Shown: one piece after another, positions 1 to 8,286 of the stretch
How positions within the stretch are numbered: position 1 is the first letter of the stretch
How the letters are laid out: each line of letters opens with the position of its first letter
Assembly: GCF_000010625.1 (NCBI RefSeq)
Contig: NC_010296.1
Location: 2,160,001-2,192,000, forward strand
DNA from: Microcystis aeruginosa NIES-843
Lineage (GTDB): Bacteria > Cyanobacteriota > Cyanobacteriia > Cyanobacteriales > Microcystaceae
Direction: 5' to 3'
DNA: 32,000 nt
The notes under the pieces: generated by a model
What the model saw: the letters and a program-made list of their open reading frames with translations, nothing else
The model's database searches: none
Told to the model about the DNA's origin: nothing
Program-made: the position numbers and the translations under genes

Positions 1-232
1 CGATCGTCAAGCATTGTTAACAATTCTTAAAGAAGGTTGTGAATACGCTTCCTCTCTGGGTTTGCGGGTGAATGCTGGTCACGGTTTGACCTATGGGAAT
101 GTTTATGCCGTCGCCTGTTTGCCCAATATGGAAGAATTGAACATTGGTCACACAATTATCAGTCGTGCGGTTTTGGTCGGGTTGGAACGGGCTGTTAGGG
201 AAATGAAATTGGCTATGCGTGGACAATTGTAA
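1..232 (+). CDS. pdxJ: Pyridoxine 5'-phosphate synthase PdxJ, C-terminal fragment (5' end outside window)
   Basis: The frame is open from base 2 to TAA at 230-232. The translation ...[15 protein letters not shown]...[25 protein letters not shown] matches the conserved PdxJ C-terminus (NAGHGL and ELNIGH motifs). Confidence 0.9.
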   Translation, partial: DRQALLTILKEGCEYASSLGLRVNAGHGLTYGNVYAVACLPNMEELNIGHTIISRAVLVGLERAVREMKLAMRGQL

Positions 233-296
233 AAGCCATCAGCTATCAGCTAATCTACCGACTAACGAACAATTACACTGAAAAATTAAAGGAAAG

Positions 297-611
297 ATGA
301 TGACAACTTATTATTATTTGGTAGCCAGTCAAAAGTTTTTAGAAGAAGAAGCGATCGAAAAGGAAGTTTTGAAGGAAAGAATCAGGAATTATCAAGAAAA
401 AGGTCAAGAAATTGATTTTTGGTTAATTGCCAATCCAGCTTTTTTAGATACTCCCGCTTTTGCCGATATCAAAAAGAAAACTCCCCAACCGGCAGCGGCG
501 ATTGTTTCTCTCAATCAACAGTTTATTACTTGGCTGAAATTGCGTCTAGAATACGTTATTACTGGACAGTTTGAAGCTCCTTCCGATAGTATTCCCGAAC
601 CGTTAAAATAA
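297..611 (+). CDS. ycf54: Ycf54-like protein (Mg-protoporphyrin monomethyl ester cyclase complex factor, DUF2488 family)
   Basis: 104 aa. TYYYLVASQKFL at the N-terminus, IDFWL, and FITWLKLRLEYVITGQFEAPS recall cyanobacterial Ycf54 (Slr1780-type). Size is typical. Confidence 0.65.
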   Translation: MMTTYYYLVASQKFLEEEAIEKEVLKERIRNYQEKGQEIDFWLIANPAFLDTPAFADIKKKTPQPAAAIVSLNQQFITWLKLRLEYVITGQFEAPSDSIPEPLK

Positions 612-631
612 CCCTTTTTTGTCTGTGGTAA

Positions 632-765
632 ATAAGTGGTTATAATTAAATAGAAGATAGATTTTGGGTTCGATCCCCCCTGCCCCCCTTGATAAGGGGG
701 GTGCCGATAGGCGGGGGGATCCCCCTTAATAAGGGGGGCTGACGATTTTAACACCTACCTACTTA
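632..765. repeat. MITE-like repeat, copy 1 (same family as 30645..30789)
   Basis: About 134 bp. Shares with copy 2 the left end ..TAAGT.GTTATAATTAAAT.GAAGATAGATTTTG and the right end TTTTAACACCTACCTACTTA. The termini are imperfect inverted repeats (TAAGTA.GTAG). The interior holds G6/C6 palindromes (CCCCCCTT.ATAAGGGGGG). It lies between convergent ycf54 and the PLD gene. Confidence 0.65.
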
Positions 766-830
766 GCTTGCCGTAACAAGGGAAAATTGCTAGTTTTTGT
801 CTATGGCAAAAAATACAGACGAGGCACTGA

Positions 831-2480
831 TCACCAGCTGACTTTGCCTTTGAGCTTGCTAATTTTTCCCTGACCGATTCCCGATACTCGATCCAAATCT
901 TCTAGGGAAGTAAAGGGTTTTTGTTGCCTGGCAGCGATAATTTTTTCGGCTAATTTGCCACTGATACCGGGTAAACTATCTAGTTCTTCTTTGGTGGCGG
1001 TGTTTAAATTAATTAAGCGATCGCTTTTAATTGTTACAGATTGGGGGCAGTTTTTTCTATCCTGTTCGATCCGATTTTTAATAGTTTCCGGCAGTCCTAA
1101 TTTAGCGGTACGGTAAAGATATTGAAATTCTCGATCGAAATGAGCGGCAACGGTGGGATTATCGATAATAACTAAAGCTTCATCGTTTTGATGGTTAGCG
1201 GCTCTTGACCAATTATGAGAACCAGTAATCACAATTTTATCATCGATTAAACCGAATTTATGGTGTAATTTATCTCCCCGGGCTAGATCGGGAACTCCTA
1301 GAGTATTAATTGGGTTTTGCCAAGGCTGATTATCTGGTTCATAACGACATTTATTACTGAGAGCAACTCCTAATAAATCTAATCCTTCGCTATAGTATCG
1401 GAAGGCAAAACTAGGATCAATTAAAGCTTTAATTTCTATCCCTTTTTGATGTCGTCTGGCGAGAATATTAGCTAGAGGCTGTTCCGTAAAGACAAACAGG
1501 GCTAAATCCACGGATTTTTCAGCTTTATTTAAAGTTTCACCGATCAGACCATTGCTAGTAATTGCCCAGGGATAAGCGGTAGAATCGGGGGAAAATTTGA
1601 CCGTCAGACTACTATTACCGATAGGAATTTTTTGCGGTTTTCTTTGGGGTTTATCTAACCCAAATTTAGGCCGATCTTCCCTTCCCCACATCAGATTAAA
1701 TTCTTGTTGAAAAACTCTAGCTAGTGGGGGATTATTAATGACTAATAAGTGATTGGCATTCCCGACAGTTTGGGTATTAGAAAAGTCTCCATGAATATCA
1801 CTTAAGGTATAGTTAGCTGAACTGATTAAAGTAGTGTAATTATCAATAACCATGAATTTATGGTGCATTAAACCGCTACCTTTTGAGCGATCTGCCCTAT
1901 CATCAATTAGGGGAATACCAGCTTTTTTGAGGATAGTAATTGCATCTCTTTGGGCGATTTCCTCCGCACTTAATTTACCATCTCGATTTAGATCAACTAA
2001 GTCAAAAAGGTTTTGATAACGTTCCTGTTCTCGATCGCTTGATTTTTCTTGGTTTTTGGCTAAACTATGAATAGGTTTATTGTAAATATTTTCGAGGATA
2101 ACCCTAACTTTAATTCCCTGCTGCTGACGAGCAACTAAAGCTTGAGCAATGGCGGGTAAACGTAACTCTTGCACTGCTAGATCGATCGAACTTTTGGCCG
2201 AGTTGATATTATCAATAATAACCTGTTCTAAATTATCCCCCGGGCGATTAATTTGGCGATAGGGATCGGTATAATTTGACCCCTGGGCCTGATTATAATT
2301 AAAATAGACTTGAATATATTGATCTTGGGGCAAGGGTTGCGGACGATTTTGGATAGCATTCAAAGAATGACAGCCACCCAAAAGAGAAACTGTTCCTAAC
2401 AAAAATCCCAACTGTCCCATAGGCCGAATTTTTTTTAATCTCAATTTATCTATTGCCATTTTTGTCCACATAATTATCAT
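831..2480 (-). CDS. Phospholipase D-superfamily (two HKD motifs) lipoprotein with an EF-hand and a C-terminal ComEA-type helix-hairpin-helix DNA-binding module; probable secreted or periplasmic nuclease
   Basis: Two HxKxxxxD motifs (HHKFMVID..SSANYT and HHKFGLID..GSHNWS). Canonical EF-hand loop DLNRDGKLSAEE. C-terminus LNTATKEELDSLPGISGKLAEKII...LDRVSGIGQGK resembles ComEA HhH. Lipobox LLGGC follows a hydrophobic N-terminus. The real start is probably an internal Met (MAIDK or MGQLGF). Confidence 0.85.
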   Translation of the reverse strand: MIIMWTKMAIDKLRLKKIRPMGQLGFLLGTVSLLGGCHSLNAIQNRPQPLPQDQYIQVYFNYNQAQGSNYTDPYRQINRPGDNLEQVIIDNINSAKSSIDLAVQELRLPAIAQALVARQQQGIKVRVILENIYNKPIHSLAKNQEKSSDREQERYQNLFDLVDLNRDGKLSAEEIAQRDAITILKKAGIPLIDDRADRSKGSGLMHHKFMVIDNYTTLISSANYTLSDIHGDFSNTQTVGNANHLLVINNPPLARVFQQEFNLMWGREDRPKFGLDKPQRKPQKIPIGNSSLTVKFSPDSTAYPWAITSNGLIGETLNKAEKSVDLALFVFTEQPLANILARRHQKGIEIKALIDPSFAFRYYSEGLDLLGVALSNKCRYEPDNQPWQNPINTLGVPDLARGDKLHHKFGLIDDKIVITGSHNWSRAANHQNDEALVIIDNPTVAAHFDREFQYLYRTAKLGLPETIKNRIEQDRKNCPQSVTIKSDRLINLNTATKEELDSLPGISGKLAEKIIAARQQKPFTSLEDLDRVSGIGQGKISKLKGKVSW

Positions 2481-2610
2481 TACCCTAGGATTCAGGAGGG
2501 AATTTTTACCTAAGGAGGTTCTCGGAAATCGGTATGTACTAAATTGATTATAAGTAGTCGGACATAAATTCTGTTGTCTATCTTAAGAAATGTAAATTGC
2601 CGCAATTCTT

Positions 2611-2638
2611 ACTGACTACTGACTACTGACTACTGACT
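2611..2638. repeat. Heptanucleotide tandem repeat (ACTGACT)x4
   Basis: Four perfect contiguous 7-nt units in the divergent PLD/dynamin intergenic region. Confidence 0.95.
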
Positions 2639-2818
2639 CCTTACCCCACAGTTAACTTTACTTTTGTCCAACTACTTAATCAATCCTGATTCTAGATTGA
2701 AGACGATGGCTTTGTCTTTGATTGCTTAAATCGCTGACCAAAGATGTGACATCTAGTTAGGGAATTTTGTTATAATCTGGGGAACAATAGCACTGTTCTT
2801 CTAGATTTGGGTTTTACC

Positions 2819-5245
2819 ATGACTGAACTTTTACCCCAATGCAGTAATCTGGCTGGTAATGTTAACAGTATAATTGAACTATTCAAAGGCGAATCCTCTC
2901 TCCGCAATCAACAGGATACCAGCAAGATAGAAATTGCCCTACAAAAAGCCATTTCTCCCAAATTTGAAATCGTTTTTGCCGGTGCTTTTAGTGCCGGGAA
3001 ATCAATGTTAATCAATGCACTTTTAGAGCGAGAATTGCTGTATAGTGCCGAAGGACACGCAACGGGTACAGAATGTTATATTGAGTACGCAGAAGCTGAT
3101 GAGGAAAGAGTGGTTTTAACCTTTCTCAGCGAAGTAGAAATTCGTACTTTAGTCGATACCGTCTGTCAAAATCTGCAATTAACTAATCCCAGTAACATTA
3201 ATTCCCACGAATACTGTAGTCAGTTAAACCAATACTGTCAAAAAATTATCGAACAGGAAGGGGGAGAAGGCAAATCCGAGCGAGCTAAACAAGCTCAGGG
3301 TTTAAAATTATTAATTGAAGGATTTACTCAAAATCGTGAGCGGATCCATACGCTGCATAATGCCACCTATTCCATGGAACAATTTCACTTTTCTAATTTA
3401 GCAGAAGCGGCAAGTTTTGCCCGTCGTGGTAGCAATAGCGCCGTCTTAAAACGTCTAGAATATTACTGTCATCATCCTCTCCTTAAAGATGGTAACGTTT
3501 TGGTAGATTTGCCCGGTATTGATGCCCCAGTCCAAAAAGATGCCGCCTTAGCCTATCGTAAAATAGAGCATCCTGATACTTCGGCAGTGGTTTGTGTTTT
3601 AAAGGCTGCTTCTGCGGGAGAATTAGCCACAGAAGAAACGGAATTACTCGAAAAAATTCGCTCTAATGCTGGTATTCGTGATCGAGTTTTTTATGTTTTT
3701 AACCGCATCGATGAAACCTGGTACTCAGCCCAACTAAAACAGCGTTTAGAAAACCTAATTCAAACGCAATTTCGTGATACTTCCCGCATTTACAAAACCA
3801 GCGGACTTTTAGGGTTTTATGGGTATCAGGTGAAAAATCAAACCAATATTAATCAGCGTTATGGTTTAGATTCTATCTTTACCGAAAGTGTTAAAAATTT
3901 AGGAGGAGAAGAAGAAACACCGCAATTTGTCAGCGAGTTTAATAACTATTGTGCCAACTCCGGTAAATTACTGGCAACTCCCTTTAAAGTTTCCATCCAC
4001 GGTTATGAAACTCCTAATAAAAATTACTTCCGAGTTTTAAGCGAGTGGGGAACTCCTTTACTAGAGCAGTTAATTGCTGATAGCGGTATCGAAGAATTTC
4101 GCAGGGCAATTACTCGTTATCTCACCGAAGAAAAACGCCCGCAATTGTTTGCAACTTTAGCTGATGATTTACAATCTCTCTGTATCACTCTCAAAAATCA
4201 TTACCAGGGTATTTATCGTGATTTAGAAAGTCAACCACGAGAAATTGAGGCGATGAAAGCTCTGGAGTTAAATCACCTCAATCAAGAGTTAAAGGAAGTG
4301 GGAGAGAAATTAACTAAACATATCGAGGGTTATGTCAATGCTATCGTGGTTAATAGCGATGAAAACTTTGAAGAAGACTTTAAAAAACTGAAAGCGAGAA
4401 TGGTATCAAGATTGGATGAGTTATTAAATACTTTTTCTGTTAAAAATGCTTACTCGCAAGCGACTTTAAACCATCCCCGCAATGCTACAGCACCTTTATT
4501 AGCAGTATTAGTGGAAGCTTTTTATTATCTGTCTAACCAGCTAGAAGATGTGTTAATTGAGGAGTCAACCAGTTTAATTAGTCGCTTTTGTCAGCGTCTT
4601 TTAGATGCGGTAAGACAAGGTGATTATTATCGACAAATTTACCGCTTATTAGGCAATGATGGCCACCTAGAAAGTCAGCTAAAACAGCTAGAATTGCAGT
4701 TAATTCATGCCTTGATTTCCGAAGCAAAAACTGAGTGTGATCGCTATGTACGAGAAAATCATAATTTTTACAACGAAGGCACTTTTTCGATCTTTCAATT
4801 TCGGCAAACTGTGCAACAAACTGCCCAAGGTTATGACTGTGAAAGTATTCTTGCTGCCGAACCTGCTATCCGTCAATTACTTAAGTTAGATTTTGAGCCA
4901 AAAGTATCAGCGACAATTCATAAAAATTTCCGCCAAACTGTTAATAATACTCTGAAAAATCAATTGATACCAATGGCAAAAAAACAAGCGGCTACTATTC
5001 TACAACAGTTCAATCAAGCTCGTTCTTATCTAGAACAAACTTTAGAACAGGAAGCAGCGGAAAAAATTGCGAATAATGCCCGCAAACAGGAAGAAATTCA
5101 CCAAACAATTGAGGATTATAACCAAGCGATAAACTCTCTCAATACTTGTTTAACTGCTATGGGTTTACAGAAAAATCATTTACCTGTAATTGGTGAACAA
5201 GAATTAGAGATTGTCCCTGAAGTTGTTAATGACTCCAGCAATTAA
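2819..5245 (+). CDS. Bacterial dynamin-like GTPase (dynamin family protein)
   Basis: G1 P-loop GAFSAGKS, G3 DLPGID, G4 FNRID, followed by about 550 aa of predicted helical or coiled-coil stalk. The ORF track starts at TTG 2807. ATG at 2819 (MTELLPQ...) is the more likely start. TATAAT lies at about 2771. Confidence 0.8.
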   Translation: MTELLPQCSNLAGNVNSIIELFKGESSLRNQQDTSKIEIALQKAISPKFEIVFAGAFSAGKSMLINALLERELLYSAEGHATGTECYIEYAEADEERVVLTFLSEVEIRTLVDTVCQNLQLTNPSNINSHEYCSQLNQYCQKIIEQEGGEGKSERAKQAQGLKLLIEGFTQNRERIHTLHNATYSMEQFHFSNLAEAASFARRGSNSAVLKRLEYYCHHPLLKDGNVLVDLPGIDAPVQKDAALAYRKIEHPDTSAVVCVLKAASAGELATEETELLEKIRSNAGIRDRVFYVFNRIDETWYSAQLKQRLENLIQTQFRDTSRIYKTSGLLGFYGYQVKNQTNINQRYGLDSIFTESVKNLGGEEETPQFVSEFNNYCANSGKLLATPFKVSIHGYETPNKNYFRVLSEWGTPLLEQLIADSGIEEFRRAITRYLTEEKRPQLFATLADDLQSLCITLKNHYQGIYRDLESQPREIEAMKALELNHLNQELKEVGEKLTKHIEGYVNAIVVNSDENFEEDFKKLKARMVSRLDELLNTFSVKNAYSQATLNHPRNATAPLLAVLVEAFYYLSNQLEDVLIEESTSLISRFCQRLLDAVRQGDYYRQIYRLLGNDGHLESQLKQLELQLIHALISEAKTECDRYVRENHNFYNEGTFSIFQFRQTVQQTAQGYDCESILAAEPAIRQLLKLDFEPKVSATIHKNFRQTVNNTLKNQLIPMAKKQAATILQQFNQARSYLEQTLEQEAAEKIANNARKQEEIHQTIEDYNQAINSLNTCLTAMGLQKNHLPVIGEQELEIVPEVVNDSSN

Positions 5246-5451
5246 TATGGGGAGTAGGAAGGTGGGAAGTGGAGGGAAAACCATCCATCTATCAAAAACC
5301 GATTTGCTGTCAAAGCAAAAAATTAATTAAAATTAAAACTCATCGGGGGATAAGCGATCGAAGTCTTGTTATTCTTAAACTGGTAGGTTTTGGGATTTTT
5401 CTAGGCCCGCAGCTTAACCCGATCAACCGATAACCGATAGAGGGGTGCAGA

Positions 5452-6315
5452 ATGGGAGAATGGTTAGATTTTACCGATGAAGTGGTCACTGTTAATGGCA
5501 AAGGTGAGGAAATTAAACGGGAAAAAGTCACTAATCGAGGTTATAAATATTTTTTAAGCAAAAAAACCTTTTTAGAAATGATTTCTATCCCTAGCGGTCA
5601 ATACCTCATCGGTGCGCCCAAAAGCGAGTTAGGCTGGAAATTGAGTCAAAGTCCCCAATCTCCGGTTAATATTCAGGCTTTTTGTCTGAGTCGCTACCCA
5701 ATTACCCAACGACAATGGCGCGAGGTGGCAAAATTAGAACCGGTAAATATTGAACTTAATCCCTATCCGGCCCATTTTGAAGGTTATGATCGCCCAGTAG
5801 AACAAATTAACTGGTGGGAAGCGGTGGAATTTTGCGATCGCCTATCCCGTCTCACGGGACTCAATTATCGTTTACCCGCAGAAAAAGAATGGGAATACGC
5901 TTGTCGGGGAGGAACATCAACCCCTTTTCACTTCGGCCCGACAATTTCCACTGATTTAGCCAACTATTCCGGGGTGGACTGGGATTATGGCGGCAAAGTG
6001 TGCAGTTCTGGTCGTTATGGGGAAGGTCGCCTAGGTTGCGATCGCAGGGAAACCACACCAGTGGGAATGTTTGCCGTCGCTAACCCTTTCGGACTCTACG
6101 ATCTGCACGGAAATGTCAGGGAATGGTGTGCAGATTACTGGCGCGATAACTACGAAGCAGCCACAATAGAAGATAGGGACAGACGAGTTTTACGCGGCGG
6201 TTCTTGGAATGACGGCCCTAACAAATGTCGCTCGGCCTACCGAGTCAAATTTATGGCTACTGCTGGACTCTACGATATCGGTTTTCGTGTCGTTAGCGAT
6301 AATTCTCCTTTATAG
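5452..6315 (+). CDS. Formylglycine-generating-enzyme (FGE-sulfatase/SUMF1) domain protein, stand-alone
   Basis: RLPAEKEWEYACRGGT, LYDLHGNVREWCADYW and RVLRGGSWNDGPNKCRSAYR are hallmark FGE-sulfatase domain motifs. An in-frame stop at 5431 excludes a longer N-terminus. Confidence 0.85.
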   Translation: MGEWLDFTDEVVTVNGKGEEIKREKVTNRGYKYFLSKKTFLEMISIPSGQYLIGAPKSELGWKLSQSPQSPVNIQAFCLSRYPITQRQWREVAKLEPVNIELNPYPAHFEGYDRPVEQINWWEAVEFCDRLSRLTGLNYRLPAEKEWEYACRGGTSTPFHFGPTISTDLANYSGVDWDYGGKVCSSGRYGEGRLGCDRRETTPVGMFAVANPFGLYDLHGNVREWCADYWRDNYEAATIEDRDRRVLRGGSWNDGPNKCRSAYRVKFMATAGLYDIGFRVVSDNSPL

Positions 6316-6330
6316 AACCGATCAATCTTT

Positions 6331-6591
6331 GTGTCCTTTGTGTCTTTGTGGTTCGTTCCAGTCGCTCACTGGCAGGAATGTATCTTAGAATACATTTTAC
6401 CCACCAAACCCAAGAGAGCCGATAGTGTTTCTTGGGGACTTCTGGAGTTTTCGAGGATGAAACGGGAATTAGAGAATTTATTGGGACGGAAAGTTGATTT
6501 GCTAACGAAAAAATCGATCGAGCAGAGTCATAATTGGATTCGTCAACGAGAGATTTTAGGGACAGCGCAAGGGATTTATGTGGCGGGATAA
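6331..6591 (+). pseudogene. Truncated MntA-type nucleotidyltransferase (antitoxin of a HEPN/MNT module); only the C-terminal half is recognisable
   Basis: The C-terminal segment FSRMKRELENLLGRKVDLLTKKSI..IRQREILGTAQ matches the end of minimal nucleotidyltransferases. The N-terminal GSxxRG/DxD catalytic part is absent and replaced by unrelated sequence. The stop overlaps the ATG of a DUF86 remnant (ATGTGGCGGGATAA). Confidence 0.55.
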
Positions 6592-6748
6592 GGCTTTTTT
6601 ACTAGATATTGTCCGAGCAGGTCAATTAGCTCAATAATTTGCCGATCAACTGGCAAAATTTGCAGGTGTTTGTCAGAAAAATTTTTAAAATGTACCGCTC
6701 CTCGATCGAGAGTTAGAATTGATTTTAGAGACAATAAAGGTGATTTAA
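6578..6748 (+). pseudogene. Degraded HepT/DUF86 (HEPN) toxin remnant
   Basis: ATG at 6578 gives MWRDKAFLLDIVRAGQLAQ*, a typical DUF86 N-terminus, stopped after 19 codons. A different frame ending at 6746-6748 reads NVPLLDRELELILETIKVI*, like a DUF86 C-terminus (DLPxL). The middle, including the RxxxxH motif, is lost. Confidence 0.45.
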
Positions 6749-6752
6749 CCAA

Positions 6753-7352
6753 ATGATTGCTAACTTTGACCATAACTATCTTTCCCCGGAAGATTATTTA
6801 GCAACGGAGAGAATAGCCAAGGATAAACACGAATATATTCGCGGTCAAACCTACGCCATGGCTGGTGCAAGTAAAGCCCACGGTATGATTATTATCAACT
6901 TAGCCACACTTTTAAAAAACCGGCTGCGGGGTAGTGGTTGTCTTGTCTATGCCACAGATATGAAAGTTCGTCTAGAAATAGCTAATAGTTATTTTTATCC
7001 CGATCTTGTGGTCACTTGCGACTCGCGAGATAATCAGTCTTTCTCGGAAGATTTTATCCGTTATCCGCGCTTGATTGTAGAAGTATTATCCCCCACTACG
7101 GCTGCCTTTGCTCGCAACGCGCTCGCGAAGCGAGATCGGGGTGATAAATTTGCCGACTATCGTTCCCTTGAAACTTTAGAAGAATACGTTCTTATCAGTC
7201 AAGAACGCATCAGTGTGGATTGTTTTCGTCGCAATGACGAAGGATTCTGGGTTCTTTATCCCTACAGCAAAGGAGCAGATATTTATCTAGCTAGTATCGA
7301 TTTTCACTGTGCGATCGAATCTTTATACGAAGATATAACAGAAATCCGTTAA
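6753..7352 (+). CDS. Uma2 family (DUF820) restriction-endonuclease-fold protein
   Basis: EYIRGQTYAMAGASKAHG, YPDLVVTCD, LIVEVLSPTT, DRGDKFADYR..LEEYVLISQ follow the Uma2 PD-(D/E)xK pattern common in cyanobacteria. Confidence 0.8.
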   Translation: MIANFDHNYLSPEDYLATERIAKDKHEYIRGQTYAMAGASKAHGMIIINLATLLKNRLRGSGCLVYATDMKVRLEIANSYFYPDLVVTCDSRDNQSFSEDFIRYPRLIVEVLSPTTAAFARNALAKRDRGDKFADYRSLETLEEYVLISQERISVDCFRRNDEGFWVLYPYSKGADIYLASIDFHCAIESLYEDITEIR

Positions 7353-7401
7353 AAAATCAGATAAGTTTTTTTCTATGTACTATTTACTTTTTACTTGATT
7401 A

Positions 7402-8286
7402 ATGCTTGCTATTCTCTCCGCTATTGTTCCAGTGGGTTTTATCATCCTCATCGGTGTGATAGCAGGAAAAATTCTCACTGTGGAAGTGCATTCCCTTTCC
7501 CAAATAACGGTGTATATTCTTGCTCCCGCTTTAGTGATTGATGGACTCTATCGCACCACTTTATCCGGCAGCAATATCGGTTTAATTCTCCTAGGTTTTG
7601 CTCTTATTTCACTGGTAATGGTGATTATCGTCGAAATTATCGCCTATTGTCTTAGTCTCGATGGTGATACCCGCAAAAGCCTCATGGCTGCCGCTGTGAT
7701 GCCCAATAACGGCAATATGGGTTTACCGGTGGCTAGTTTTGCCCTGGGTGCGGCTGGACTGGAAAGAGCGATAATCTATATGATTGGTTCTAGTATTCTG
7801 TTATTTGGTATTAGTCCCGCTTATTTGCGAGGAAAAAGCTTTCTTTCAGGATTTCGCCTGGTTTTTCAATTGCCCTTAATCTGGTCAATTTTTATCGGCA
7901 TTAGCTTTCAAACTTTCTCTTTTCATCTTCCCCTGCAATTAGATAAAAGTATTAGCTATCTAGGACAATCGGCAATTCCTTTGGCTTTAATTATCCTAGG
8001 TATCCAATTATCTCAGCAAAAATTAGCGATCGGTAAATTAGAATTATTAGGGGCTGGTTTGCGTCTTTTAGTCGCTCCTCTTTTGGCATTTGCGATCGGC
8101 AATAGTTTAGGATTAACCGGTATGGATCTAAAAATTCTTATCCTACAAAGTGCCATGCCCACCGCCGTTAATACCGTCATTTTAGTCACAGAATTCGGTG
8201 GTTCAGCAGCTTTAATGGCCCGCACAGTTGTGGTCACTACCCTTGCTAGTTTTCTGACTATTCCTTTCTTTCTTTGGTTATTATAG
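7402..8286 (+). CDS. AEC (auxin efflux carrier) family transporter
   Basis: 294 aa, about 10 hydrophobic segments. The N-terminus MLAILSAIVPVGFIILIGVIAGK and the C-terminal half SAMPTAVNTVILV are typical of the AEC/membrane transport protein family. Confidence 0.8.
   Translation: MLAILSAIVPVGFIILIGVIAGKILTVEVHSLSQITVYILAPALVIDGLYRTTLSGSNIGLILLGFALISLVMVIIVEIIAYCLSLDGDTRKSLMAAAVMPNNGNMGLPVASFALGAAGLERAIIYMIGSSILLFGISPAYLRGKSFLSGFRLVFQLPLIWSIFIGISFQTFSFHLPLQLDKSISYLGQSAIPLALIILGIQLSQQKLAIGKLELLGAGLRLLVAPLLAFAIGNSLGLTGMDLKILILQSAMPTAVNTVILVTEFGGSAALMARTVVVTTLASFLTIPFFLWLL

Noticed and set aside
515-754. 79-aa minus-strand ORF
   Set aside because: It runs through the MITE-like palindromic repeat and antisense into ycf54. 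The translation is repeat-derived (PPYQGGQGGS), so it is not considered a gene. The same reasoning applies to 20752..20958(+), which is built on the CCCCACA tract and overlaps the Mrp/ApbC gene.
2807-2818. TTG start at 2807 for the dynamin-like gene, as given in the ORF track
   Set aside because: An ATG lies four codons downstream (2819) and no better RBS supports the TTG, so ATG 2819 was preferred. The difference is 12 nt and unresolved without experimental data.
5340-5531. 63-aa minus-strand ORF overlapping the FGE gene start
   Set aside because: It overlaps the start of a well-supported plus-strand CDS and has no motif or RBS, so it is taken as a shadow ORF.
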